Assembly (NCBI GenBank): GCA_964195905.1
Contig: CAXMQV010000013.1
Coordinates: 3,482-67,481, forward strand
DNA length: 64,000 nucleotides
Source: an uncultured Gammaproteobacteria bacterium
Lineage (GTDB): Bacteria; Actinomycetota; Acidimicrobiia; Spongiisociales; SHLN01
Direction of reading: 5' to 3'
Below are positions 18,406 through 27,249 of this stretch, piece by piece. Within the stretch, counting starts at the first letter, position 1; each line of letters starts with the position of its first letter. The notes beneath the pieces are model-generated. The model was not told the origin of the DNA. It was given only the letters and a program-made list of their open reading frames with translations, and did not search any database. A program made the translations under genes and the position numbers.

Positions 18406-18891
18406 TTGGAAGGTTTCACGGCGCAGCAAGCGATAAATTTGACCAGCTGTACCGCGCACCAGCTCCGATATTGGGACCGGGTGAATCTCGTCGTTCCGTC
18501 ACTTCAGACGACGGGTGGGCGCCCCGGGAAGCGGCGGCTGTACTCGTTTCGGGACGTGGTAGCCCTCCGGGTGGTCAAGAGCCTCCTCGACAATGGCATG
18601 TCGCTTCAGCGAGTCCGACGCGCCTGGAACTACCTCCGGCGGACCGCCAATATGGACAAGCACCTTTCGGAAGTGACCCTCGTGACTGATGGCGCCACCA
18701 TCTACTCCGTCGACGACGAGTCTCTTCTCGACGCGCTGCGCGATGGTCAGATGGCGTTCTTCGGCGCCATCGACAAGATCGCCCGCTCGGTCGCCGAGGA
18801 TGTCACCCGCTTCGAGCTCGATCGCGAGAAGTTCCTCGCGACCCTCCGTGAAGTCGAAGACGACATCATGCAAGAGGCCTCCGGCAACTAA
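18406..18891 (+). CDS. MerR-family regulator, Rv1830/McdR-like
   Basis: QLRYWDRVNLVVPS...RRLYSFRDVVALRVVKSLLDNGMSLQRVR...TLVTDGATIY...LRDGQ; GGAGG RBS before TTG. Confidence 0.88.
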   Translation: MEGFTAQQAINLTSCTAHQLRYWDRVNLVVPSLQTTGGRPGKRRLYSFRDVVALRVVKSLLDNGMSLQRVRRAWNYLRRTANMDKHLSEVTLVTDGATIYSVDDESLLDALRDGQMAFFGAIDKIARSVAEDVTRFELDREKFLATLREVEDDIMQEASGN

Positions 18892-18916
18892 TCGTCGATC
18901 AGGTGCTGCCCACCGG

Positions 18917-18944
18917 CCGGTGACAGGTGACCGGCGACCGCTGA
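18917..18944. repeat. 7-bp tandem array (CCGGTGA/CAGGTGA-type x4)
   Basis: ccggtga caggtga ccggcga ccgctga between convergent genes. Confidence 0.7.
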
Positions 18945-18946
18945 TT

Positions 18947-21343
18947 TCAGCGCCGCCCCGCCCGCCTAATCCAATCTGGAAGCAGCGAGCGAACCCGATA
19001 TGTCCGTCTGAGGCGTTGCCAGCGGGTGGCGCGGGAACGCAGGCGCTGCTCCGTCTCTGTGAGGCTCGAGATTGCTTCCCGGCGGGAGTCTTCTCCGACG
19101 GCGTCCTTCGGCCCGTAGATCGAGGCGCTATAGACAACGGCCAGCGGTGCCATCGCCACATCGGTGGTTTCCGCCACCTCCAGTGGCGTGTCGGCCTCGC
19201 TCGGGCCGAGCCCGGCGTCGGTGAGGTGATCAACGATCTCAGCCCAGGCGGCCCCGACGTCACCGTTCCGCAGCCGATGCAGGCGTCGGCGACGCCGTCG
19301 GCGCTTGATAGCCGGGATTGCTCCGAAGACCACGGCGCCGAGCAGCGCCCACAAGGCCGCCGGAATCAGCCAGCCCGGCAGGGTGAAGCCGCCGACGGAT
19401 GTGCCGCCACCACCGGCGCCCGCCAACCGATCGAGGTTGTCGAGATTCGGCTCGCGGAATGGGATGTCCCCGCCTCCGCCCCCGCCTCCCTCTTGCGCCA
19501 GGAGTGCCTCGGCCTCGATGGTGCTGAAGTAGCGGTTCAGATCGCCGGCGGTGAAACCGGTGGCTCGGAACGTGGACGGATTGACGCCGTCGCTTCGGGG
19601 GGTGGGGTCGAACCGGACCCATCCCTGGGCGGGAAGCCACACCTCGACCCAAGCGTGGGCGTTGCGATCACGTACCAGGATGCTGCCGTCAACCCGTCTC
19701 TCTCCGGGCGTGAAGCCGAGCACGGTGCGGGTCGGAATGCCAAGCACGCGAGCCAGGACGCCCATCGATGCGGAGAACTGCTCGCAATAGCCGGTGTGGT
19801 AGCCGGGTGAGGTGGGATTCAGTAGCCAGTCGGCCAGGCCGCTGTCCCGCTCGTTCGGGTCCACATTGATCGAATAGGTGAACTCCTGAGGATCCCGGAA
19901 ATAATGCTCGAGGGCGAGTGCCTTCTCGTAGTCGGTCTCCAATCCAAACGTGATCTCCTCCGCCAGTCGTTCCATGGCCGCCACACCTTCGAGGCCGCGG
20001 GGGAGGCGCAGGTATCGGTCAAGGTCGCCTGGCTCATCGCCGGCTACCGACGGTGTTGGCAGACTCTGAAACCGGCCTTCCAGGGCGGCCGCCTCGAACA
20101 GCGGTGAGAGCGATTCGCCCGACTTGTCGGCAGCCAGGACCCTGGCATCGACGGCGGGGATCTCAGATTGGATAAGGTAGACCATGCCCCGGCCGGTCAC
20201 CCCATCGATATGGAGCGCACCGTCGATGGAGTCAACGCGGGTGGTGTTCTTGATGAGTCGTTCCTCAGATTCGAGGGCAATGGGGGAGTAGGCAGCCGGC
20301 AACCAGGCGCTCGACAGGCCGAGGATGGTGATTTCCTGAGTCACCGCAATGGTGGCGCCGCGGAACTCGTACTCGTCTGCTTCCCATCCAGTCTCGTCCA
20401 GGTCTTCGAGCGCGTCCGCCGAGGCGTACCACCAGTCTCCGTTGAAAGAGTCCATCGTGAGTAGGCGCCAGTAGATCTGATCATCGTCGATGTCGCCGGC
20501 AACGAAGGCGGCGAATACGGGGGTGTCGGAGTTCGACACGAGCGAGCGCTTCACATCGATGAACGGGTTGTAGGAGACGCTGCCGGCGCCGCCTCCGATG
20601 CCCGATCGATTGCGCCAGTCGAGCAGCCCGGTGGCCGGAACGGCCTCCGCCTGAACAGCCTGTCGGGTCACGAGGACTGAGATTGCCGTCACAGTCACGA
20701 TGGCCAGTACCGGAACGGCGAACGCCCGCACTCTGGCCGCTTGTCTCCCATGGCCGGCATGTCCGCCTCCGGCACGCTGGTCGCTGGCGATGGCAGCCAG
20801 TCCACCGCCGACGAGCAGCAGCAAAGCCGTGGTCCACACCATGCTCGTGGACTGGCGGTCGATAACGGCCAGCTGCAGGTAGAAAACGACGGGAGGAACG
20901 ATGCCGAGGTAGGGGCTGTTGTTGAGCAGGCCCCACGCAGCAACCGCAGCCAGGGCCCAGACCATCATGGCTGAGAGAGCCACGATCCCTGCCAGGGCTG
21001 TGACCGGCGGGGCCGAGTATCGGAAGACGGTCAGTGCGTCGGAGACCTCCGAAACGATGTCACCCATAACGTCGAGTGGAGGGATGGCGGCGTCGGCAAG
21101 CTCTCCGCCAACATAGATGAAGGCAAAGAGCGCGAAGAGGACGAGGTGGCCGGCCACCATTCCCACGGCGCCCAGGCGCGCCTTGAAGGCGGCCCAGGTG
21201 ATGATGGTGCCGAGCGCGCCCGCCGCCACGATGACGACCGGCCAGGGGAGGCCTACCTCGGTCGGTAGGAACAACCGCGTGAGCCGGAGGATCACCAGGC
21301 CAAGCAAGGAGAAGCTGGCTAGCCAGGTGAGGCGGAAGACCAT
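18947..21343 (-). CDS. Membrane transglutaminase-like protein (TgpA/DUF3488 type)
   Basis: N-terminal TM bundle; triad GYCEQF, AHAWVE, FDPT; start taken at ATG 21343 (MVFRLTW). Confidence 0.9.
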   Translation of the reverse strand: MVFRLTWLASFSLLGLVILRLTRLFLPTEVGLPWPVVIVAAGALGTIITWAAFKARLGAVGMVAGHLVLFALFAFIYVGGELADAAIPPLDVMGDIVSEVSDALTVFRYSAPPVTALAGIVALSAMMVWALAAVAAWGLLNNSPYLGIVPPVVFYLQLAVIDRQSTSMVWTTALLLLVGGGLAAIASDQRAGGGHAGHGRQAARVRAFAVPVLAIVTVTAISVLVTRQAVQAEAVPATGLLDWRNRSGIGGGAGSVSYNPFIDVKRSLVSNSDTPVFAAFVAGDIDDDQIYWRLLTMDSFNGDWWYASADALEDLDETGWEADEYEFRGATIAVTQEITILGLSSAWLPAAYSPIALESEERLIKNTTRVDSIDGALHIDGVTGRGMVYLIQSEIPAVDARVLAADKSGESLSPLFEAAALEGRFQSLPTPSVAGDEPGDLDRYLRLPRGLEGVAAMERLAEEITFGLETDYEKALALEHYFRDPQEFTYSINVDPNERDSGLADWLLNPTSPGYHTGYCEQFSASMGVLARVLGIPTRTVLGFTPGERRVDGSILVRDRNAHAWVEVWLPAQGWVRFDPTPRSDGVNPSTFRATGFTAGDLNRYFSTIEAEALLAQEGGGGGGGDIPFREPNLDNLDRLAGAGGGGTSVGGFTLPGWLIPAALWALLGAVVFGAIPAIKRRRRRRRLHRLRNGDVGAAWAEIVDHLTDAGLGPSEADTPLEVAETTDVAMAPLAVVYSASIYGPKDAVGEDSRREAISSLTETEQRLRSRATRWQRLRRTYRVRSLLPDWIRRAGRR

Positions 21344-22497
21344 CGTCCTGCTCCTATCGCTTCGTTCCAGGCACCCGTCCAGTCCTCTTCGGTGCCGACC
21401 ATCACCGCGGCGGCCCCTCCGAGTTTGAACGCCGTGAGCGAGTCCGGATCCTCGTCTGCCACAACCATAAGCACGGTCCTGGTGTAGTCGCGCCCGAGTG
21501 TCTGGAAGACGGCCAAGTTCTGGTCGTCGAGGGCTCCGGTGATGAGCACGAGGGCGCCCCCGCTGTAGCCGTGCTGGCGCATCCGGAGGACGGCGTGGCG
21601 GAGGTCGAGTGCCTTCATCGGCTGCACCGCGGCCAGCTTCTCCATCGCCAGCTCGTACGGCGCCGGCCCGGGCGGTCGGCCGGAGTCGCCGACCCACAGC
21701 TGGGGGAGATAGCCGCCGCCGTAGAAGTGGTGGAGTACCGAGGCGGTTCCTTTCACAGCGTGCTCGAAGGTCTCGGGGGTGTGAGCTGAGGCCCGGGAGT
21801 CGAGGAGGATAAGCGCCCGGGACTGCCACGGGATCTCGAGCTGGCGGATCATCAGCTCATCTCGCTTGGCCGAGGATGGCCAGTGGACGCGGCGCAGATC
21901 GTCTCCTTGCCGGTACTCGCGCAGCGTGAAGAAATCGTCCCCACCGCTCGGCGCGTGCGAAGGATGAGCGGACTGAACCGAAGGATCGTGTCCGCGCGTG
22001 GTGGGGAATCCGTTCAACGTCTCGATGGCCGGATATACGACGAGACGGTCGATGCCACCGGCCGTGGCGCGCACCGCCGCCAGGTCGAGTGGATCAGATA
22101 TGACCAGCTCGGCCGGCCCGATCTGATAGACGCCCCTCGGCCGACACACGATCTCATAGTGAGCCGAGACGGTGGAGTCGCGGCCGGCCCTTGAAGTGGC
22201 GAAGCGGGCTCGCCCCAGCCTGGACACTTCGTCTTCGATGATGAGGGGGCGCAGGGCCCGCCGAGCAAAGACCCGGATCTCAACCCGGGCCCGATCGCCT
22301 TCATGAAGCCGGAACGGCGTGATGTGTCGGGTGAGGTCGGCATCGGGCCGTGAACGGCGGACAATGAGGACGCCGGCGATCACCGACCCCACCAGGAAGA
22401 TCCCGCCTGCGAGCAGTTCTGGCTCTCCGAACCCCGCCCAGAGGACGATGAGCGCAGCGGCGGCTCCCAGCGCAGCCCATCCGCGCGTGGTGATCAT
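21319..22497 (-). CDS. DUF58 protein
   Basis: LREYRQGDDLRRVHWPSSAKR signature. Confidence 0.92.
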   Translation of the reverse strand: MITTRGWAALGAAAALIVLWAGFGEPELLAGGIFLVGSVIAGVLIVRRSRPDADLTRHITPFRLHEGDRARVEIRVFARRALRPLIIEDEVSRLGRARFATSRAGRDSTVSAHYEIVCRPRGVYQIGPAELVISDPLDLAAVRATAGGIDRLVVYPAIETLNGFPTTRGHDPSVQSAHPSHAPSGGDDFFTLREYRQGDDLRRVHWPSSAKRDELMIRQLEIPWQSRALILLDSRASAHTPETFEHAVKGTASVLHHFYGGGYLPQLWVGDSGRPPGPAPYELAMEKLAAVQPMKALDLRHAVLRMRQHGYSGGALVLITGALDDQNLAVFQTLGRDYTRTVLMVVADEDPDSLTAFKLGGAAAVMVGTEEDWTGAWNEAIGAGRWSSASPG

Positions 22498-23471
22498 CGA
22501 GCGTCGGTGGTTCCGGGAACGGAGACCGATGACATGATGCGCCCGAGCACTTCGCCGATGGAGGCGGCCCGCATCTGTGCTTCTGGCCGGAGGATGACTC
22601 GATGGCTCAGAGTCGGGATGATGAGTGCCTTCACGTCGTCGGGTGTGACATACGTGCGTCCGGCTGCGGCAGCTCGCACCCGCGAGGAGCGTTGTAGATA
22701 CAGGGTGGCCCGCGGCGAAGCGCCGAGCAGGAGGTCGGGATCGGATCGGGTGGCTTCGGCGAGATCGACGAGATACCCCTTCAGTTCGGGAGCTACATGG
22801 ATGGCCGCAGCCTGGTGGACCATTTCCACGACCTCAGCGGCTGCCACGACGGGTTCGAGGTCTTCGAACACCGAGTGGTCGCCGTGGGCGTCGAGCATCT
22901 CGAGCTCCTTGCCGCGGGACGGGTACCCGAGGGTCACCCTGGTCATGAACCGATCGAGTTGGGCCTCGGGCAGCGGGTATGTTCCTTCGTGTTCAATCGG
23001 GTTCTGTGTCGCGATCACCATGAACGGGGGCTCGAGTGTTCTCGTTATGCCATCGACCGTGACCTGGCGCTCCTCCATTGCTTCGAGCAAGGCGGCCTGA
23101 GTCTTGGGACTGGCTCGGTTGATCTCGTCGCCGAGCACGATGTTGGAAAACACCGGCCCGCGCCGGAACACGAACTTGCCGCGTTCCCGATCCCACACCG
23201 AGACTCCGGTCAGGTCCGAGGGGAGCAGGTCGGGGGTGAATTGGATGCGGTGAAACGAGCAGTCGATGGAGCGAGAGAGCGACTTGGCCAGCAGAGTCTT
23301 GCCTACTCCCGGCACGTCTTCGATAAGGGCATGACCGCCGGCGACGAGGGTCTGGACCACGAGCCGGATCTCGTCGTGCTTACCCTGGATCACGCGCTCT
23401 ATGTTGGCGACGATGGCGTCGAAACGCTCTGTGAACCAGGCGTTGGCGGCTTCGATCGGCTCGGCTGTCAA
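22494..23471 (-). CDS. MoxR-family AAA+ ATPase
   Basis: EDVPGVGKT, RIQFTPDLLPSD, DEINRASPKTQ, YPLPEAQLDRF. Confidence 0.95.
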   Translation of the reverse strand: MTAEPIEAANAWFTERFDAIVANIERVIQGKHDEIRLVVQTLVAGGHALIEDVPGVGKTLLAKSLSRSIDCSFHRIQFTPDLLPSDLTGVSVWDRERGKFVFRRGPVFSNIVLGDEINRASPKTQAALLEAMEERQVTVDGITRTLEPPFMVIATQNPIEHEGTYPLPEAQLDRFMTRVTLGYPSRGKELEMLDAHGDHSVFEDLEPVVAAAEVVEMVHQAAAIHVAPELKGYLVDLAEATRSDPDLLLGASPRATLYLQRSSRVRAAAAGRTYVTPDDVKALIIPTLSHRVILRPEAQMRAASIGEVLGRIMSSVSVPGTTDAR

Positions 23472-23539
23472 GCGGACTCCTCACACACAGATGGGATGAA
23501 CAGGATATCAGGGGTTGGAAGATTAGAGTCAGAGACCCG

Positions 23540-23776
23540 ATGTTCGCGTCCTCAATACTGCGGGTGATCATGCGCCGCCCCACTCTGTGGCCGGAAGCGC
23601 TGCGCGCCCTGGTGGCCTTCACCCCGGCCGGTTGGTGGAGGATGCCTCCGTTTCTTCCTCTGCCCCGGCGGGCCTATCTACGGTGGAGGATGCAAACCGC
23701 CTACGGATCATCGGAGGCGGTTCTCGTGGCGAACGATATGGTGCGGTTCCTGCAGTGGCGAAAAGAGCAGCGATGA
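23540..23776 (+). CDS. Small hypothetical protein
   Basis: GWWRMPPFLPLPRRAYLRWRMQTAYG; ATGA overlap with the next gene; start could be 23570. Confidence 0.7.
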   Translation: MFASSILRVIMRRPTLWPEALRALVAFTPAGWWRMPPFLPLPRRAYLRWRMQTAYGSSEAVLVANDMVRFLQWRKEQR

Positions 23777-24543
23777 ACCGGGAAGTCGATGACCTGACAG
23801 AGGCGTTGCGTGCGCTGCCGGGGGTAGCCGACGCCGAGCTGGCGGAGGACACCGCCGAAGGCGTGCGGGTGCGTCTGTCGGCCGATGCCGACCCGACCGA
23901 CGTGGCTGCGGCCGTTCGCGATGTGCTTGCCGATCACGGACTGAAGGGCAAGATGGCGCCGCCGCAAGCTCACATTGAACCGTCGGGCCCACCGCCCCCA
24001 CCGTCGGAGTCGGCCACCATTCTTCCCGGCCCTGGTCTCGTCCAAACGACGTTGATCCCCGGGGAGCGGGTCGATCAAGCGGCCGATGAGATGGAGGCGT
24101 TCATGCGGGCGCCCCAGCCGGTTGGGCGGCCCGAGGAGCCCGAGGCCGAGGCTGACAAAGAGACCGGCCCACCCCCCGTCGAAGAGCATGCCTCCAACTC
24201 GGCGAGCCGCGGTCTGCTCGACCGGGTACGGGTTCAGGAAGACCGGGACGGTGTCTCGGTGACCATCGACACCGACGATGGCCGTTCTGTCACGCGGCGG
24301 GGCCGCCCGAGCGACGCCGGCGTTCGCGAAGCCGTCGTTGCAGCCGTCGGCGTGCTGTCTGGCGACGAATCTCCACCGGTTCTGTTGGCCGCCCAGGAGC
24401 ACACCCTCGGGGAGCATGCCATGGTCACGGTGCTGCTCCAGCGCCACGACGGCAGTTTCCACGTTGGCTCGGCCCTCATCGGCGCCGAAAAAGCCTTCGC
24501 CCTCGCCCGGGCCGCCTGGGCGGCCATGTCGCAAGCGACATAG
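23773..24543 (+). CDS. Hypothetical two-domain protein with Pro/Glu-rich linker
   Basis: ATG 23773 overlaps the upstream stop; GC-rich third codon positions. Confidence 0.75.
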   Translation: MNREVDDLTEALRALPGVADAELAEDTAEGVRVRLSADADPTDVAAAVRDVLADHGLKGKMAPPQAHIEPSGPPPPPSESATILPGPGLVQTTLIPGERVDQAADEMEAFMRAPQPVGRPEEPEAEADKETGPPPVEEHASNSASRGLLDRVRVQEDRDGVSVTIDTDDGRSVTRRGRPSDAGVREAVVAAVGVLSGDESPPVLLAAQEHTLGEHAMVTVLLQRHDGSFHVGSALIGAEKAFALARAAWAAMSQAT

Positions 24544-24553
24544 CGATTCCTTC

Positions 24554-24602
24554 TGTCACTTCTCGGCCACGCCATGGTTCCGGCGTGACAAGGGCCGAGA
24601 AG
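24554..24602 (+). repeat. 49-bp REP-like palindrome, copy 1
   Basis: TGTCA CTTCTCGGCC-N24-GGCCGAGAAG; inverted copy at 28625-28673. Confidence 0.8.
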
Positions 24603-24704
24603 GGCCAGCGCAGAGAAACCACATTGACGGGCTTGAGTTCCGAGCGGGTAACGGGCAACGAGGTCAGTTCCGCCAACGCGCCTCAAGCTTCGTGTTCGTT
24701 CTGG

Positions 24705-24739
24705 CAGGTGACAGGTGACAGGTGACAGGTGACAGGTGA
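24705..24739. repeat. Perfect 7-bp tandem array (CAGGTGA)x5
   Basis: Read directly from the sequence. Confidence 0.95.
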
Positions 24740-24764
24740 CCAGCCGGAGGCCGCCAGGCCGCCG

Positions 24765-25256
24765 CTAGGCATCCGACGCGGGAATCAGCTCCACCACGAC
24801 TTCATCGTTGCGTTCCTCGTCGGCCTCGTCTGATTCATCGATGGCTGGATACGCCCACTCGTGATAGTCCTCGAGGCGGGCGAGCACGTCGCGCATGAGG
24901 AGTCGTTCTTTCGTCGGCGTCATGAGGAGTTGCTGATCGGCCTGGTCGATAGACATCACCGTCACTCCCCGGCGGCGGAGGTCCCAGATCATGATCTCCT
25001 GGGTCATCAGGTCGGGGGAGAGAGCCGAGAGGCCGGGGACGACGACTCCGTCGGCCCCCTTGCCTGCCACGATGCCGAGGAGAGCCTGGTATCCCTCCCG
25101 TGCCAGCCCATGGCCGTCCTGACGGACGTCCTGGCAGACGGATATGAGGTTGTGGCCCGTCTTTCGTACCCAGGATCGAATTGCCTCGCCTTGAACGAAG
25201 GCAGGATCAGCGTCCTCGGGCGCAAACAACTCTCGAATGTATCCAACGACCCGCAT
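24765..25256 (-). CDS. Serine-recombinase (resolvase) catalytic-domain homolog, apparently inactive
   Basis: Resolvase spacing (MRVVGYIR...Q..AI..W...D...G...R.G...LL...DGVVV..L..L...RRGVTVMS), but YxRVS reads YIREL and LDRLxR reads LSALSP; acidic tail and no DNA-binding domain. Confidence 0.75.
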   Translation of the reverse strand: MRVVGYIRELFAPEDADPAFVQGEAIRSWVRKTGHNLISVCQDVRQDGHGLAREGYQALLGIVAGKGADGVVVPGLSALSPDLMTQEIMIWDLRRRGVTVMSIDQADQQLLMTPTKERLLMRDVLARLEDYHEWAYPAIDESDEADEERNDEVVVELIPASDA

Positions 25257-25334
25257 GTGTTCCTCGTGGTGCCAGCGCCACGTAGCGTATCAGCCCGACG
25301 ACCGAGAGCGTTTGTTTCAAGCAACTGTCAACTG

Positions 25335-25832
25335 TCAGAACGCCCCAACCAAGTATTGCTTCCAGCTCGGATGGGGCGGGGCGTTGAGGTTGACGAGCAC
25401 CCAGCCATGGCGACGCGGGGCCTGGGGGTTGGACCGGAGAGGCATGCCGGCTTCGATCGGCGTCTGATTGCCCTTTCGAAGGTTGCACCTCTTGCAGGCG
25501 GCAACGACGTTTTCCCAGGCGTGAGGCCCGCCCCGGGATTTCGGCATCACGTGATCGAGATTCTCGGCACCACTTCCGCAGTACTGGCAGGCGTGGTTAT
25601 CGCGGGTGAACACCGCCCGGCGATTGAGGGCAACCCGGCGGGCGTAGGGCACCTTCACGTACGTGGTGAGTCGGATCACCGACGGAAGCGGGAACGCCGA
25701 GCGCTCAGACCGCCACGTGGTGCCCGTTTCCTCCAGCACCACGGCCTTTTGTCGAAGTACCAGGACAACGGCCCGGCGGGCAGAGACGATCGTCAACGGC
25801 TCATACGTCGCGTTCAGGATCAGTGCCCGCAT
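25335..25832 (-). CDS. HNH endonuclease (McrA-like, stand-alone)
   Basis: LILNATYEPL, RDNHACQYCG, LDHVMPKSRGG, WENVVAACKRCNLRK. Confidence 0.93.
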   Translation of the reverse strand: MRALILNATYEPLTIVSARRAVVLVLRQKAVVLEETGTTWRSERSAFPLPSVIRLTTYVKVPYARRVALNRRAVFTRDNHACQYCGSGAENLDHVMPKSRGGPHAWENVVAACKRCNLRKGNQTPIEAGMPLRSNPQAPRRHGWVLVNLNAPPHPSWKQYLVGAF

Positions 25833-25894
25833 GGAGCGACATTACTCATCGCCAAACTCAACGATGTCGTTTGTAGTCCGGAGTGCCCGAACTC

Positions 25895-26407
25895 CTAGCT
25901 GCGGATCAGCAGGACCGAGCAGGGGGCGTGCCGGGCAATTTTGGTCCCGGTGGATCCGATCATGCCCTCGAAGAGGCCGCGGCCCTTGGTTCCCATGACG
26001 ACGAGATCAGCCTTTTTCGCTCTGATGTAATCGAGAATCAGCTTGGCTCCGTTCTCGCCTTCGAGGATCTCGACGTCGACCTTCATCCCGGCCGCCTTCA
26101 GGGCCGCCACGATCGGACCGGTTCGCTCCTCCTGCTGGTTGGAGAGGTACTGGTCGATCATGCGATCATCGCCTGGAAAATCAAAGTCGACGCCAGGCTG
26201 GGTTGGGCTCAGTCCGACATACTCGGCATCGCTGTCGACATTGGGACTGTGGTGTTCGCCGTAGACCGCTCGCAGTTCGGCCAACAGGCGGCGGGGGATC
26301 TCGACGGCCGTGAGAACGGTTACGACGCTTCCCTCTGCATGCGGCGCCACAAAGCCGGCGGTCATGGCTGGATCGAGTGATCCGTCGGTTGCTACGACGA
26401 TATGCAA
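25895..26407 (-). CDS. Universal stress protein
   Basis: IVVATDGS...DLVVMGTKGRG...IGSTGTKIARHAPCSVLLI. Confidence 0.92.
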   Translation of the reverse strand: MHIVVATDGSLDPAMTAGFVAPHAEGSVVTVLTAVEIPRRLLAELRAVYGEHHSPNVDSDAEYVGLSPTQPGVDFDFPGDDRMIDQYLSNQQEERTGPIVAALKAAGMKVDVEILEGENGAKLILDYIRAKKADLVVMGTKGRGLFEGMIGSTGTKIARHAPCSVLLIRS

Positions 26408-26440
26408 TGTAAACCCCTTTCGGTTGCGACAGCTTACCGG

Positions 26441-27163
26441 CTAGCCGTCATCTTGTGCCGGCGACCAGGGATCTGTCCCGATGAAATCGCGAGCGTCGAA
26501 CTTTGCGCGGGTGGGGGCGTCGGGACTCGAACGGGCCAGCCGGAGGAAGATCGGCATGATGTCGGCCGGAGTTGGAATTGTGCCGGGATCTTCTTCTGGC
26601 ATTGCTTCGGCCCGCATCGGAGTCGCCGTGCCCCCGGGATTGATCGAATAAACGGGGCCTGCCCATTCGTCGGCGAGCACCTCGAGCCATCCCTCGAGGG
26701 CTGCTTTCGAAATCGCATACATTCCCCACTCTCCCCGGCCCCTCCGGCCAACCGAGCTGGACACGCCGATGATCGTGGCGGTGGGGGACAGCAGGGCCAC
26801 GAGTTGTTGGTGGAGCAGATGGACCGCAGTGGCATTCACGTGAAAAACCTCGTGCCAGGCATCCTCGGGGTAGTCGGCCAGCTTGGCCTTGGGACCGAGC
26901 GCCCCGGCGGCGTGCACGACGACGTCGATCGGGGCGATGCGGAGGGCCTCGGTGGCGACCAACTCCCGTCCGGTCCGGCTTCCGAGGTCGGCCGGCACGG
27001 TGAATACCCGCCCGGGGTCGAGACCCTGGACCGTTTCGAGAAGGCCGGCTTCGCTCCGGGCGGTGGTGAGGACCCGGGCTCCGGCGGTGACGTACTGGCG
27101 CACCAGCTCTCGCCCGATGCCCGACGAGCCACCGGTAACGAGGATCGATCGATCGGAAAGCAT
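26441..27163 (-). CDS. SDR oxidoreductase (YciK-like)
   Basis: TGGSSGIG, SSSVGRRGRGEWGMYAISK, NPGGTATPMRA. Confidence 0.9.
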   Translation of the reverse strand: MLSDRSILVTGGSSGIGRELVRQYVTAGARVLTTARSEAGLLETVQGLDPGRVFTVPADLGSRTGRELVATEALRIAPIDVVVHAAGALGPKAKLADYPEDAWHEVFHVNATAVHLLHQQLVALLSPTATIIGVSSSVGRRGRGEWGMYAISKAALEGWLEVLADEWAGPVYSINPGGTATPMRAEAMPEEDPGTIPTPADIMPIFLRLARSSPDAPTRAKFDARDFIGTDPWSPAQDDG

Positions 27164-27183
27164 CCTGGCAGCCTACGCCGGGT

Positions 27184-27213
27184 AGTCCCGCGTCCCACGT
27201 CTCACGTCCCACG
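27184..27213. repeat. 7-bp tandem array (CGTCCCA-type x4)
   Basis: agtcccg cgtccca cgtctca cgtccca. Confidence 0.7.
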
Positions 27214-27249
27214 CAAGAAGAAGAGAACCGCAATCTTGCCGGACAACGA

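Noticed and set aside
18947-23471. MoxR-DUF58-transglutaminase as a new system
   Set aside because: A widespread module that commonly sits beside the actinobacterial dcw cluster; uncharacterised but not new.
17901-23520. GGGTTGGAA seen three times (17901, 18403, 23512)
   Set aside because: One copy is the MerR start codon region and spacing to -10 elements is inconsistent; probably chance.
24705-24739. CRISPR or iteron interpretation of the short repeats
   Set aside because: Units are 7 bp and contiguous, with no spacers and no cas or rep genes.
25335-25832. HNH as IscB/Cas9-like or intron homing nuclease
   Set aside because: 165 aa, no RuvC motifs, not inside an intron; matches the common stand-alone McrA-like family.
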